From Hypanus sabinus (lineage: Eukaryota): a stretch of 64,000 bases of DNA. The notes under the pieces were generated by a model. The model saw only the letters and a program-made list of their open reading frames with translations, was not told the DNA's origin and made no database searches. The position numbers and the translations under genes are program-made. Location of the stretch: the NCBI RefSeq assembly GCF_030144855.1, contig NC_082722.1:27032001-27096000 (forward strand), given 5' to 3'. Numbering within the stretch: position 1 is the stretch's first letter; the number at the start of each line of letters is the position of its first letter. Shown piece after piece: positions 23,926 through 37,454 of this stretch.

Positions 23926-24280
23926 ATTGTTGGTGCCTGACTGGGTGATTTGATACTCAGAAACTGTTGATAGGCTGGGAAATTCATGTACAACAGTCTC
24001 TAAAGTTTAAAGAGAATGGTGCGAAAAAAAAAAACACGGAAAGCATCAAGTGAGTGACAATTATTTGAGCGAAAACTGGTAGTTAATGAGAGAGACCAGA
24101 GGGGACTGGCTAGACCGGGTTGTTACAGCAATGGTGCAGTGAGGAGCATCTCTGAAAGCACAACCAGTCGAACCTTGTAGCAGATGGACTGCAGCAGCAA
24201 AAGATCACGAACATACAGAAATACACTCAGTGGCCACTTTATTGAATACGTCATGTAGTTAATAAATTTATCACTGCGAT
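23926..24280. mobile_element. Tc1-derived non-autonomous element, right part
   Basis: Resumes ATTgttggtgcc…; ends with atacactcagtggccactttatt TIR. Confidence 0.65.
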
Positions 24281-24299
24281 TATTGTGTCTATGGATGCG

Positions 24300-25523
24300 A
24301 AGGAGGAGGAGGCTGAACAGACTGCAGGAGCAGTGCAGGTCACGTGTTTCAGTTTGGAGAAGATCAATCAGTAGCTACCAATCGCAGAAATGAGGAAGAA
24401 TACGGATTCGAAGGAAGATGTGCTGGAAGTGTTACATGCTGCCTTTTGCAACTTGCCCTCGATTGAGGAAGAGACCTTTGGCCATCCTCTCCCTGAGTCA
24501 GGTGTAGTGGGGAGGGTTAACAGTGTGCAGTGGGAGGCATAAATGAGAGGTTAAGAGAAGTGCTGGTAGCGGGCCCGAGGGATCCCCAGTTGTGTCCGAG
24601 CCTGAAGGGTTTAGGTGAAGGGGTACGGAAATCTCAGAGGGTTAAGAAACTCCCATTTGGCCTATGTAGCGCCTGAGGAACAGGGCGTGAGGTTTACTGT
24701 GTGGGGAGGAAATGTCACTGTTTGTACTTGGGTTAGGGTGTTTTGGCCGGATAGGTGGCGAGTTATTTAATAGTCATGAGGACATGACTTTTATTTGGTG
24801 GGGGGAGTGTGGAAAGGGGGTTCCTTATTTTTCTTTGTTACTGCATATGTTAATCAAAATGGCTTCTTTGTTTTGTTAAAAGTAGGAATGCTTCTTTGTT
24901 GCGAGAGAGTGCTGGAAGTTTGTTTGGGTTAAAATTTACTGATAACGAGAATTGAATTCCTTTGTTAACCAATTGGGATTAATGATTCTCTTTCTTCTGA
25001 GTCTGTAAGCTATTGTTGGCGGGCTTCTGGGGAGATCGGCGAGAGGGGGTGAGAGAGTGAGGACGCGATGCTGTAAACTGGGCAAGGAACGGACCCCAAG
25101 CGGGGTCCAAGGCCAGGAGTTACTCCGAGGAGAGGAGACGAAGATAGATGTGCTTGGATGACCACCTCGGGTGGTCCTGAGATGAGAGTCGAGCATTTCG
25201 GAGGATATAGAATTGTGGCCAGAAGACTTCAGTAACTGAGCTCCAACGGTTGTGCAGAAGTGGTCTGGACTTTGATAAGTTTGGCGCCTTTTCTTTATTT
25301 TCTTTTCCTGCATGTATACTGTATCGTTATTAATTACTTAGTTATAGTAATCTTTATAAACTGTAATCATTTAATCGTATATGGCGTCCTGTGTTGTTCT
25401 TTGGCGAGGCAGGGACATCACACAGCATCCACACAAGCTGATTACCCAGTTTGGCGGGGCCGAAGGCTGCTCCCCCTAGACGGGAACCAGCTGAGCGAGC
25501 CTGAGGCGACCCAGGGGCTTACA
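24300..25523 (+). mobile_element. Gypsy LTR retrotransposon 3' end: pol tail, PPT (24797-24807) and 3' LTR (24808-25523)
   Basis: VRKSQRVKK…LAYVAPEEQG-like pol end, purine tract ggtggggggag, then a TG…CA-bounded ~716-bp LTR (TGTGGAAAGG…GGCTTACA). Confidence 0.7.
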
Positions 25524-28500
25524 TACATCTGCGTACGTTGCAAGGTCCTATTTCTGACTAAATACAGATGCAATTTTGATACTGAGAAGGTGCAGAGCAG
25601 CCGAAGCCGACTTTTTAAACTTGTAACTTGTGAACTGTGAAAGTAAATGATATTGACCGTTAGTTCATCATGCTGCGGCTGAAGAGGCGCCCGAGTCGGA
25701 AACAAAGTCTCTATCTGTATGTCAGATCACTATCTCTATGGGTGCCTCTATCTCATTAAATATCAGCGGCCGGCTGTAACCGCAATGTTTGTCTTTTTAA
25801 ATAAACTTTGTCATTCTGATTTTCCATTCGGGCTGAAATGTTATGCTACTGTCCATCTCTCACGCACAAAGCAATGCACATGCTCATTTTAACATCCAAT
25901 CGCTGAGATGAACGATAATGCAATCTATTTGTGGGAGCGGCTGAATGCTAAGGTAAAAACTGCTTTTCTGCAACCGACGCATTGCAATAATAATGTTGCA
26001 AATGATCAATTTAAGGATCGCCGTTTGTCAAATTGACCTGCTCCTTCTGTGAATTGTAGATTCAGGTTTTTTGAATAATAGTACTAAAATCTGGGAAATT
26101 ATTCTTCCACTTAAAGGAAAGGGGTGGGATGTGGGGGAGTCTATGAGCCTCCGATGAACATTGTATCATGATGCAAATCGATTTTGTTACCCAAAGTAAG
26201 ATCGCCTGCAGATACTTGCTGAACGTCTGTAGAAGTACCAGTTATTCTAATATTATGTTTTGTGTATTACATTCACCTTCATCTTTTGTGAATCTGATCT
26301 CCTCTTATCTAATGTGTGTTTTTTTTTCAGTCTGGTTTACATTATGCTTTCAGTTACTTCGGAAGTATTGGCTACAAAAACTACCTCAAGCTATTAATTA
26401 ACATTTTGCTCTGCACTTGATTCTGAGGATAACTATACGACTCAGTACCATGGTTCTACCTCCAGCATAGTATCACTGAAAGGATTTCTTCATACATGAC
26501 TAGGTATTGTGTGAATTGCCATATCGGCTACGTTAATGACAGTGAGAATCAATTTGAATCTGATTTATTTTACTTCTGTTCGCCATAATGAAGCAATAAT
26601 ACCTACCGAGCTTTTAGTCGGTGGAAAATATTTCCTTCTCAGTGGCGTGACTCCATACTAACGATCATTAAAAATGTTCTTTTGTTAATTTCAATGCAGA
26701 TTCCCAATATTATGAAAGCCAGTTATTTATTCTTACAATAAGTACACATGATGTGGTTCATGACACATCTGATCGGCACACCATTTTGGACCGACGGGCC
26801 TGTACAGTGCTGTGTTGTTCTATGTTCTATGGGTTATATGGGAGGCAGGGTTTAATGGCCGGCACAGTATTGCGAGCCGAGGGCCTGTACTGTGTTGTAT
26901 TGTTCTATGTTCTATGTAACACGATTCTATGTTTGCTGTTTTTATTGGGTTAGGTGCTAAATAATCCCATGAAGGGTGAAGCGTTGAAATAGAAATATTG
27001 TACCATTTAAATCGTGATTAATTCTGTGATTTATTTTGGATGACTGAACACAAAGGTACTTGTGGCTTCCAATCAAGATCTGCATTGCAAATATAACTAA
27101 CTGATACTTGAACGTTTCTGTAGAACTCCATTACTCAACTTGTATACTTCACGGCATAGTTTCAAGGAAAGCCCAATTCGACTCACTGATATTATTTAAT
27201 CGATAAATGAACAACATGTTGATATTTCAAGACAGCTTATACAGTGCAATGTTTTCTTGAATCTAAATTTTCTCTTTTGCCTCCACCTACATTTTCGCAT
27301 GATGCTAATCTCATTTTTATCTTTTATCTCTCTCTCTCTCTCTGCTTTTCAGCTATTTGTCAAATAATTTATGTTCTACTTGCTTCTCTTCTGTTCACTT
27401 GTGAATTCTGGAGAACCTCCCAGATATTGTGAGGATCCAAGTAGATATTTCCTGCTGTCAATTTATTTCTCCCCATATCTCCAAAGAAGCAATGCTTCTG
27501 AATAAAATATACGGGCAATGGATACAGCATGGATTATCTTCAAACCTCCGTATCAAAGACCTGATAATCTTTTTTTTTTTTTCAGCAGTGATGAGAAAAC
27601 TATCCCGTTACCTCTTTTAATATTTGCGAAAAGACGAAGAATTTGGAATGATAGCTCTATGGGAATGGTCAAAAATTGAAGGAAGATAGAAAATAAGTAA
27701 ACATCCTCGTGAGTTTCTGTATTGCAACATGGATTGATTTTATTTGTGGACCAAAGTACTTTGATTATTAACCCTGGTTTAAGTGCTTGCATACAGGCCG
27801 ATATGACAACAAAATAAGAAAACATTGCTGACCTTTGAACTGTTTGATAAACATCTGTAGTTGTGAAATAATGAGCACAACATTTGAATTCCAGCGAACA
27901 TCACGTTCATTTGACAATTACCACAGATGGGGTTTGGCTGAACACAAAACATAAAGTAAATGGCAGTACAGTACTTTCCAAGAACCACTCATTTGGCAAT
28001 AAAATGAAGACAAGAGACTTCCGACGCTGAAACACCGAGCAACACAGTGAGAGTTGGCGGAATTCAGCGCGCCAGGCAGCATCATGGGAGGGAAATAGAC
28101 AGTCGACGACTGGGGCCCAGGCTCTTCATGTCCACATTATTGTCTAGACAAGAAATTAGTTAGTGAGCAAAATCGAAATTTAAACTTTCTAATCTTCATC
28201 CCTGGTCTTTACTGTCCGTTTTTGTAACTGTTGAATGTTTGAAATGACTTTTTAAAGTTTTTATTTTTTATTATTTAAATTATTCATATTTTTATACTTG
28301 AAACTTAATAAATGATTTAAACCCTTTTAGGAGAAATATTTTGTCAATCTGGTTAATACCAGAAATTGTCTGTTACTTCCCCGTTTTATATGTGCGGGTA
28401 ATTTGTGCACCCGAACCCCCTGGACACCATCTATAATGGAAAACACTGATAATGTACTTGGCCTCGTCCTGCAGGACTTCCAAAATGTTTCCATGATCTA

Positions 28501-29925
28501 GAATATGGAGAGTTGTAGTAGATAATACTGTTCTGATATCTTCCTAAGATTACTAATGGGTTCTGCTGGGATACAACTCACCACATAATCAACATAAATC
28601 AAACAACACGGAAGGAAAATAAATGTAGAAGGTTTTGGAAATACCCGATTAGTTTGGCACCTTCGGTGAAGAGAAAAATAGGCTGGAAGCTTTCACCACG
28701 CAATAAACCTGAAAAAAAAACAACTGAATCTGGCATTTTCCTCAATTGCTTCCTGAGTTGGTGTGGACACCGCATTTACAGCTCCATTGCATTTGCTTCC
28801 ATCCACACGCAACTCACGCACACCAAATAATACCCAGCTTATTTACTATCTGGTTTCCTAGCATTTGTCATTTTAAAATATAATGAAACTTCGTGATCCT
28901 GGAATAAGCGTCAAATGCTCACCAATTAGTCTATCAGTATGTTATAATTGTTTTTTTTTTCCTGAATCGCAACACCCGAGCCTGCGAGGTCGAACCGTTT
29001 CAACATTCAACTCAGAAGAATTTAAACGGACAGAAAATGCTATGCATATATAAATAATATTTGTCTAGCATATTGTAGGATTTGTGCTTACATTAATGTA
29101 AGGCAATTCGTCCCCAGTATTTAATCTTAACCTTAAGTGATATCACCGAAATTCAGAGAAGCAACTGTTTTAGCTGAAAATAATCGACAATTTTTTTCCA
29201 ACTGGACATTTTCAGGATACATTTGCTCGGTGGATAAAAATATAATTTCTCTCCTGGCATTGACTCTATTTTGTGTATTCGCGTCATGAAGAACGGTATC
29301 GGTCTCAAATGTATTCACGTTCTGAAGAACGGTCTCGGTCTCAAATGTCGATGCTGCCTGAAGTGCTGAGTTCCTACAGCACTTTGCGTCCTGCAGAACT
29401 GGATTTTCCGCATCAGCAGAAAAGCTTGTGATTATAAATTAAGCCTGCCTAGGATTAAAAATTGCAATTATTCACATTTCTTAGAAAAAAATATTCGAAA
29501 ATTTAAAACATGGTTTTTAACAGATATAAAAATGGTTGATGTGCGTTTGTTGTTTTCGAATGACATATCGTGAGTACAGAAACACATGCTTTTCAGAAAT
29601 AGCTTTACATGTAATTTACTTAAATTAAATTTTTATCTTTTCACTTAAGCATTAAACACGATAACGTGGGTATCTGCAAGTTATTCGCCTGAGAGGGTGA
29701 AGCTTCCGACCGCATGTAGTTTCCATTTTGTCACCAGCTAACTGTGATTGCAGTTACTTTGTTGTGTGTGCTGTCTCGTTTAGGTGGTCCATCTGACCTT
29801 GATGCACCTTGATGCAGAAAAGTTTGCACTGTAGGACTTAAAATCGCGTTTCACATGCAGAATATGTGCGTCTTTCGACAAATGATTTACATTTCTATCA
29901 AGTCGGAACAAAGGAAAACACAGCT

Positions 29926-29943
29926 ACACACACACACACACAT

Positions 29944-29988
<45 letters not shown>
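29926..29988. repeat. (CA)n microsatellite
   Basis: Directly visible. Confidence 0.97.
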
Positions 29989-29990
<2 letters not shown>

Positions 29991-30887
29991 ATTGCACAGC
30001 AGGTTCTATGCATGCGGCATGAACATTTATATAGATACCGTTTTAAAATCGTTTTAAAATCGATGGAGCACAGCAAGAATAATCATTTAAACACGTTCTG
30101 ATTCTGAGCACTTCAATAATATGACTCGTGAGTGAACCGTGAAACACACAAAAAAGTTAGGTTACCAAAAGGAGTACAAAAGAGAATAAAAACACTAAAT
30201 TCCAGAGTTAAGGTTCCGCATTGTTCGCTGTGGAAAACAGACGATATTTTTGGGTTGGGAATTGGGTACCTCGCAAATCAGCCGAGATATACTTCTAGCT
30301 CTGGGTGTGGGCCTCAAAGGGGGATAGAATCTGGAAGAACGAAAGCACAGAGGGATTTGAAAGGATGAATAACTATTATAAAATCCGTGTTTTGTTTCAC
30401 TAAATGGCTGAGTGGGTCGGTGACCGCGTGGATTTCAGATAAACGGGTCGCATACACATGTCATAACTAGTCACGCAGTGATGTACACCAGTTCTTACAG
30501 TTAAACATCCACATTAACACGCATATATAGTCCCCCAGTAATGTCCTCTCGCCCAGGAGTGCACAAAACAGCACAAATGCAGACATTTCTTCTGCATCTA
30601 CTGGGACTGCCATACCCTGAAACTGGTCAATCGGATTGCTTTCTCAGAAAAATAGCCAGGAAAGTCGACCAATCATCGCACATTCTCAGTGACAGTGACC
30701 CGAAATTTTATGAATTATAATGACACTTTAATTGCAAGGACACAGCATATCCCCACATCTAGATGTCTGTAACAGTACCCTTTTCATACTAATGCACCCA
30801 TTGTTGACGAAACACATTTTTAATTATCTTTCATTAACTTACGTTCCTCCAGCACTATGTGGTGTAGTACGGGGCATGTCCTCGGAA

Positions 30888-31072
30888 NNNNNNNNNNNNN
30901 NNNNNNNNNNNNNNNNNNNNNNNNNNNNNNNNNNNNNNNNNNNNNNNNNNNNNNNNNNNNNNNNNNNNNNNNNNNNNNNNNNNNNNNNNNNNNNNNNNNN
31001 NNNNNNNNNNNNNNNNNNNNNNNNNNNNNNNNNNNNNNNNNNNNNNNNNNNNNNNNNNNNNNNNNNNNNNNN
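30888..31072. other. Assembly gap (185 N)
   Basis: Run of N. Confidence 1.
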
Positions 31073-32100
31073 TAGCCAAGCAAGCTAATTTCTCAAAGGC
31101 TTGAAAAATTTAGACTGGCGATTAGCTTTGTGGCTTTCTGGAGTCTTTATTTCAATAAATAATACTGTGTAGAACTAATTGTTTAATGCTTTTGAGTAAT
31201 GACGTTGAGATTATATCAGTTGTAGATATCAAGATTGGGACAAGGTATACCCTGTTCATGTGCCATAGTCTTTCAATTTTCTCTTTTAATTTCATGTGAT
31301 TTTCAGTCACTGATTTCTGTATATTGTGTGTTCTTGGAATTGCTATATCTATTAAGTAAGTAGCTTTTGCTTGTTTAACCTGTAATATTTTGATGTGAAC
31401 GGTTTTTATAAATAGCCTCATTTGTACTAATGGATTACGCGTGATATAGATTGTGAGACTCTGATTCTCAAACTGAACCAGACGCAAATTTATCGTAAGG
31501 TATGGTTCCACTTCTAAGTTTGAAACATAAAACAAGATTTTGTTTTGCCTCTTGAGTGCACCTACCTAAGTAATCAGATTGACTTCAACTGCTGCAAGAT
31601 CCTGTTTTATGTTTAATTGCTTCTGCTTTCTCTTGGCATTTCCTGCATAAATCGTCTTACCTTTTTTGATTTTATATTCTGCATTTTTGATATTCAGAAT
31701 AATCTGCCTAGATCCTGGGGATGTCTCCAAGGAAGATAATATTCGTCCACTGGTTATTTTTTTCGCTCTAGATTGATATTTTCTTCTTTTATCTCGTCTG
31801 TGCTTTAATATCAGTTTAGTGGTGTGTTCCTCAATTCAGAATTGCACTGTGCTCGCCTGAAATGCTGAATCCTGTTTTCACTGATGAAAGTGTATCCTTA
31901 GATATTTTATCTGACTGTTTCACAAAGTTAATTTATGCATGTTATTCCTCTTCCCTCTTCTGTCCTAGGTAATGTTAACCTAAGAGCGTTCGTAAGCACG
32001 TTATATTTTTCTAAAACGTATAATTTTAATTCTTATGCTTCCTTGTAAATTTGCCAGATGGGCTTAGACCCAAGATATTATGCCAGATGAATAGGTTAAT
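31073..32100 (-). mobile_element. Dong/R4-like non-LTR retrotransposon C-terminal fragment
   Basis: Zinc-knuckle-like CRKCQEKAEAIKHKTGSC followed by REL region YLIDIAIPRTHNIQK…IERLWHMNRVYLVPILIST (ORF 31152-31535). Confidence 0.72.
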
Positions 32101-32149
32101 GGGTTATATTATTATTAGTAGTATTATATAAGTACCATAGTTGCCAAAG

Positions 32150-33015
32150 TAAGCGAGCAGCCAGATATTTGAAGTCAGTGGTTGGTCAATTAATGGAAAA
32201 TATTCTTAGAGATGCATATATAATTATCTGGGTAGACAGGATCTGATTAGGAACAGTCAACATGGATTTGTGCGTGGAAGCTCATGTTTGACAAACCTTA
32301 TTGAATTTTTGAAGAGGTTACTAGGAAAGTTGACGAGGGAAAAGCAGTGGATGTTGTCTATTTTGACTTCAGTAAGGCCTTTGACAAGCTTCCACACGGG
32401 AGATTAGTTAGGAAGTTTCAATCATTAGGTATTAATATTGAAGAATTAAAATGGATTCAACAGTGCCTGGATGGGAGATGTCAGAGAGTAGTGGTGGATA
32501 ACTGATTGAAAGGTTGGAGGCCGGTAACAAGTGGTGTGCCTCAGAGATCTGTAATGGGTCCAGTGTTGTTTGTCATACACATTAATGATCTGGAACATCG
32601 GGTGGTAAATTGAATTAGTAAGTATTCAGATGATACTAAGACAGGTGGCGTTGTGGATAATGAAGTGGGTTTTCAAAGCTTGCAGAGAGATTTAGGCCAG
32701 TTAGAACAGTGGGCTGAAATATGACAGAAAGAGCTTAATGCTGATAAGTGTGAGGTGTCACATTTTAGTCGGACTAATCAAAATAGGACATATATGGTAA
32801 ATGGTAGAGCATTGAGGAATGCAGTAGAACAGAGTGATCTAGGAATAATGGTGCACAGATCCTTGAAGGTGGAATCAAATGTGGATAGGGTGATGAAAAA
32901 AGCTTTTGCTATGCTGGCCTTTATAAATCAGAGCACTGAGGACAGGAGTTGGGATGTAATGTTAAAATTGGACAAGGCATTAGTGAGGCCAAATTTGAAG
33001 CATTGTGTACAGTGT
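32150..33015 (+). mobile_element. CR1 RT fragment
   Basis: GSSCLTNLIEFFEEVTRKV…DFSKAFDKLPHGRLV; LVRPNLKHCVQ. Confidence 0.88.
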
Positions 33016-33019
33016 AAAC

Positions 33020-33180
33020 ATGAGGGAAACTGCAGATGCTGGAATTTCAAACAACACACACAAAATGCTGGTGGAACACAGCAGGCCTGGCGGCATCTAT
33101 AGGGAGAAGCGCTGTCGACGTTTCGGGCCGAGACACTTCGTCAGGACTAACTGAAAGAAGGATATACTGAGCAGGCAGCA
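33020..33180. mobile_element. Penelope pLTR fragment
   Basis: aaactgcagatgctggaatttcaaacaacacacacaaaatgctggtggaac…gacgtttcgggccgagac. Confidence 0.7.
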
Positions 33181-33219
33181 TTTTTTTTTAACTTTTTCTG
33201 TATTTAATTTGTTTGCTGA

Positions 33220-33490
33220 AAGATTCAGAACAGAACTGAGCATTCCCGTCCAGTGAGCAGCCCAACCAACAACCTACCTCCTTAAATCCAGTCTAATCAG
33301 AGGAGAATTTTCAATGACGGATTAACCTACTAACCTGTCGGAGGTAACCAGAGCACCTGGAGGAAGCTCGCGCGGTTCACGGGGAGAAATTATAAATTTA
33401 TTTAAATATAGAGCCTGAATTGAACTCTAAACCCTTAGACACCCTGATATGATACAGTGTAGCGTTAATTGTTATGCTACCGTGGCGCCC
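33220..33490 (-). mobile_element. tRNA-derived SINE (HE1-like)
   Basis: Minus strand starts gggcgccacggtagc… with a B-box-like gagttcaattc and the core ttctccccgtgaaccgcgcgagcttcctccaggtgctctggtt. Confidence 0.65.
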
Positions 33491-34079
33491 ATAATTACGA
33501 AACTACACTAATTTGTCTGAAAATAAGTCGACTTTTTAGCATAATTTTCTTTCAGCTATATTTGAACATGATCTGTGACTTGCAATATGGTGCGTGGTAT
33601 TCACCGGATATTCTCTCTCCTGAAGTTTATGGAATTTCAAGAGGATGTTTTACAGAGATTGAACATGAATTCCATGCTGTACAAGCCAGTCTAGTTATTT
33701 TAGTTAACCTTCAGCTTTAGAAATATTGTTAATTCTTGGCGAAAATAGTTTTGAAATATGTCCTCACATCTATGATAATATCTGCCCATTTCCTTCTATT
33801 TGTTGTCTAAGTATCGCCCCCTTCATTCAGAGATTATGATGTCTTTCCTAAAATTGTAAATTTCCAAAATAGCCTGTTGCCTGTAACTTCACTGCTGAAG
33901 CCTTATAAGGTGTTGATCAGGCCATATTTGTAATATTGTGAGCTATTTTGTTCCCTATGGAAGAAAGAATGTCCTGGGCCTGGAAAATGTCCACTGGAGC
34001 TTCACGAACATGATCCCAGACATAAAATGATTATCAGCGTGGGCGTTGGTTTTCATTGTGCCTGTCGTGGATGGAGTTA

Positions 34080-34520
34080 ATCAGATCATAAGACCATAAG
34101 TGACAGGAGCTGAATTAGGCTATTGGAGCCAGTGAGCCTGCTCTGCCTTTCCATCAAGGATCATCCAATTTTCCTCTGAGTTCCAATCTCCTACCATTTC
34201 CCTGTGTCTCTTCATGACCTGACCAAATAAGAATCTATCGACCTCTACTTCAAATCTACCTAAAGACTTCGCCATCACAGCAGACTGTGGTCAATACTTC
34301 CCCTGATTCACCATTCTTTGGCTGTAGAAATGTCTCCTCATCTCTATTTAAATATGACGCCCCTCTCTTCTGCGTCTGTGTCCTCTCGTAGCAGACTCCT
34401 CCATCTAAGGAGACATCCTGTCCATATACACTCTATCAAGCCCTTTCACTATCTGAGAGGTTTCAATAAACTTACCCCTCATTCTTTTGAATTCAAGTTA
34501 ATGTAGGCCCGGAGCCATCA
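34080..34520 (-). mobile_element. CR1 3' fragment
   Basis: cataagaccataag tail and CR1 C-terminal/3' UTR sequence. Confidence 0.7.
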
Positions 34521-34630
34521 AACGCTCTTCATATAGGGAGCGGGGTTTGGGGCGGTGTGGAATGGCGTGAGTGATCTCAATGAAACATGCCAGATACTGA
34601 GAAGCCCAAGGAGAGTAGACGTGGAGCAGT

Positions 34631-34890
34631 GTGTATTCTCCCGCTGTTCAGCAAACATTGGGTGGAGCACAATTCTTCACTAAAGTATACGCAAACTTAG
34701 GGTTCTGGCAGATCCGATTAGCTGCTGAGTCGCAGGAGCTCGCAAACTTTATCACACCGTGTGGACTATATGCCATGACGATACTCCCTTTTGGCATCTC
34801 ACCAGACTCCGAATTCTTTCAGATGCGGATGAAGGGAATTATGGACGATCTCGAAGGGCTTGTCTGCTACGTAGACGGACCTGTAGATAT
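34631..34890 (+). mobile_element. Gypsy-type reverse transcriptase fragment
   Basis: GAQFFTKVYANLGFWQIRL…FITPCGLY…LPFGIS…EFFQ…VCYVDG. Confidence 0.78.
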
Positions 34891-35144
34891 GGTGATCGGA
34901 ATTTACAAATAGGAATAACAACAGTTCATCAGTGACTCAGCCGGGCAACACCACGGCTGCAACTTTCTCCAAGTTAGCGATAGTGCGAGTAGACCTTACT
35001 ATTAAACAATACAAGTCACACGGAATCCCGAGCAATTAAAAAAAAGTAACGAGGAAGTACGTGCAATTAACAAATATCTTTAAACAATAATTAACCACTT
35101 TACGTGTTCTAATAATCTCGTATAATTTCGTAGCCCAGTTCTTG

Positions 35145-35152
35145 CACACACA

Positions 35153-35202
<50 letters not shown>
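35145..35202. repeat. (CA)n microsatellite
   Basis: Directly visible. Confidence 0.97.
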
Positions 35203-35205
<3 letters not shown>

Positions 35206-35434
35206 ATTGTTAAATACCTGGACAAGGTGGAAGGAGATGCGTTATTAATTTCAATCTTTCTTCATTTTCATTCATAGTGTTGACTCAACTGTATTTCTCC
35301 GTTCTACTGCGAATGCTTGCAAGGAAATTCATCTCTAGGTTGTATATTGTGATATAAACAGACGTTGAAAATAAAGTTAATTCTAACTTCGAACATTTGA
35401 GCTTTAAACCTTAATATAACAGGAAGATATATAT

Positions 35435-36010
35435 ATATAGTGATTGATAAGTTCGTGGTCAAATGTAGAAGGAGATAAGTTATACAGCTCTTGTTACATG
35501 CACGTGCAGTTCAACACTTTGAATAAACTTCTACCACCTCACTGCATTATTCAATTCAGCTAGATCAACACATACCCTCATTGTGCCATGTGGCTTAGAA
35601 CAGGAATCGTGCCCGCTAATCAGCTGGTAAATTCATTCACTCTCATTATGATGTCTAGCGCCTCTATTCTCTCAAATTCATCTTTGATGTTGTTCAGACG
35701 GAGTGGGTATAAGCTTCGCGGTGGTCAGAGGGTAGGGTATCACTCCTGGCCTCAGTTACATAATGTGATCTTCTTTCAGTACCATCAGACCAGAGAATAA
35801 CGTCCTGTAAGTTTCCTCCCACCGAGATTTGCTTAGCGAATCCAACCTTACAATGTGGTTGAGCTTCAAGATGGCGTGTAGCTCCAATAGTTTTGGCCAG
35901 AGTTTCTGAACAATATACATATCCTCTTTTAACTGTTTCTCTTTTTTTATGGAGGAAAGCAGTAAACACTTATTTCATCTAGGAGGAGCTGGAATTCATA
36001 GAGCAAATAT
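35435..36010. mobile_element. Tc1/mariner remnants
   Basis: TIR-like tagtgattgataagttcgtgg at ~35437; minus ORF 35694-35969 with RHLEA…GFAK…VILWSDGTE, resembling the Tc1 VLWSDE motif. Confidence 0.5.
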
Positions 36011-37454
36011 GATCCACTGTGAGCTCAAAATTTTATTTGAAGTTTCGAAACTGATTGTTTTTTCAAGCAATCATATATTTCTCAGTCCAGCCCCTTCCTC
36101 CCACCTCCTTCTTTTCTAAGAAAACCAAGGACATTCATGGGGAGTTCAAAAAAGGAACCAAACTTCCCTGTAACCCCTCTGTAGGAAGCATCTTCCATCA
36201 GTCCACAAGACGTCAGGCAACCCGAGGTATTGACAGACCTGAGAGTTCTCGTGAGGTGATCATTTGCTCTCGCACGCTTTCAGGTGCAGAGTTTCATCCA
36301 TGGCTCGCAATCAGAAGCTCTATTTTCTGACCAACCCGTTTTTTATTTGCAAAAGAGAAAAACCTCAAACTAAAAGATTATGTCATTATTCGAACCCCTG
36401 TTTAACTCTAGCTCTCAAATAAAGTCAGAATGTGATGCACTGAACGAAATTGCAAAGGTGATTGACGAAGGCCAGTATGTGACTGGCCAGCCTTATGGAT
36501 GCGTAGTCAATCTTTTACAGTAAATAGAATCAATTAGATTTCTAACTTCTTGCGAGTTATCGAGTTGGTACGATTTCTTTAGGTAGCTATAGAGCATGTC
36601 AATGATGTACGTTTAATAAAATTACACGAAGGACCAGACGACAGCTGAAAACATGTTAAACGCTTCTGTATAAGATGTAATTGGGAATAGTATATTATTA
36701 ACTTGATTCACTTGTGCGTGAATTCTTAAAAATCACGTGGTCGTTGTACATTAGTCATCATACAGCCATCAGTGTGTGATCTTGGTTTAATTGCTATCAG
36801 ATCCGATACAGTTGGAAAAGAAGTTCTGCTACGCAATTTCTGTTCGTACGAAGGTAACACTGCAGAAGGCATAGAAATTAATATATTCAGCAGAGCCCTA
36901 CATTACCTCGCTTGGTACTGTTCTAGCATTTTCACTCTGAGATTAAATCCAATTTAAGGTAATCTAATTATTTTCTTTTTCATTCCTCACTACGAGCACT
37001 CAACACCCATATATTTATTACTACCTCACTAGATCGTTATTTATTTTTTTATAATAGAATTAAAATTCCTAGATCTCTCAACAGGATCGTCTCTCTGCCT
37101 CCCTCTAACACCTTCCCTTAACAGCTATGACATGGACTAAGTTTTTGAATGCATTCTGTAATAATATTTAAAAGAAAATTTAAAATTAATTTGTAATGCA
37201 AATTTAAACAGCATCATTCCGTCTCGCACCTTAACATTCTGTGAAAATCAATCTTTTTTCTTAGCTAGGTATAATGGATCAGCTGTCAACCTACCCCTCT
37301 TTGAATGTAAATGAATCTTATTCCTATCCATGTTTCTTTTTACATGCTTTCACTGTATTTCCATTGATGCCTTGAGGACAATGAAAAAATATATAAAATA
37401 ATTTGTAAAACAATAGGCATACAGAATTATTATCTAGCTCCCGAATAATGTCAG

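Noticed and set aside
28044-28050. CACAGTG heptamer
   Set aside because: Lies in a Penelope pLTR remnant and has no nonamer.
30732-31088. ORFs spanning the N gaps (also 49515-49911)
   Set aside because: Artefacts of translating Ns.
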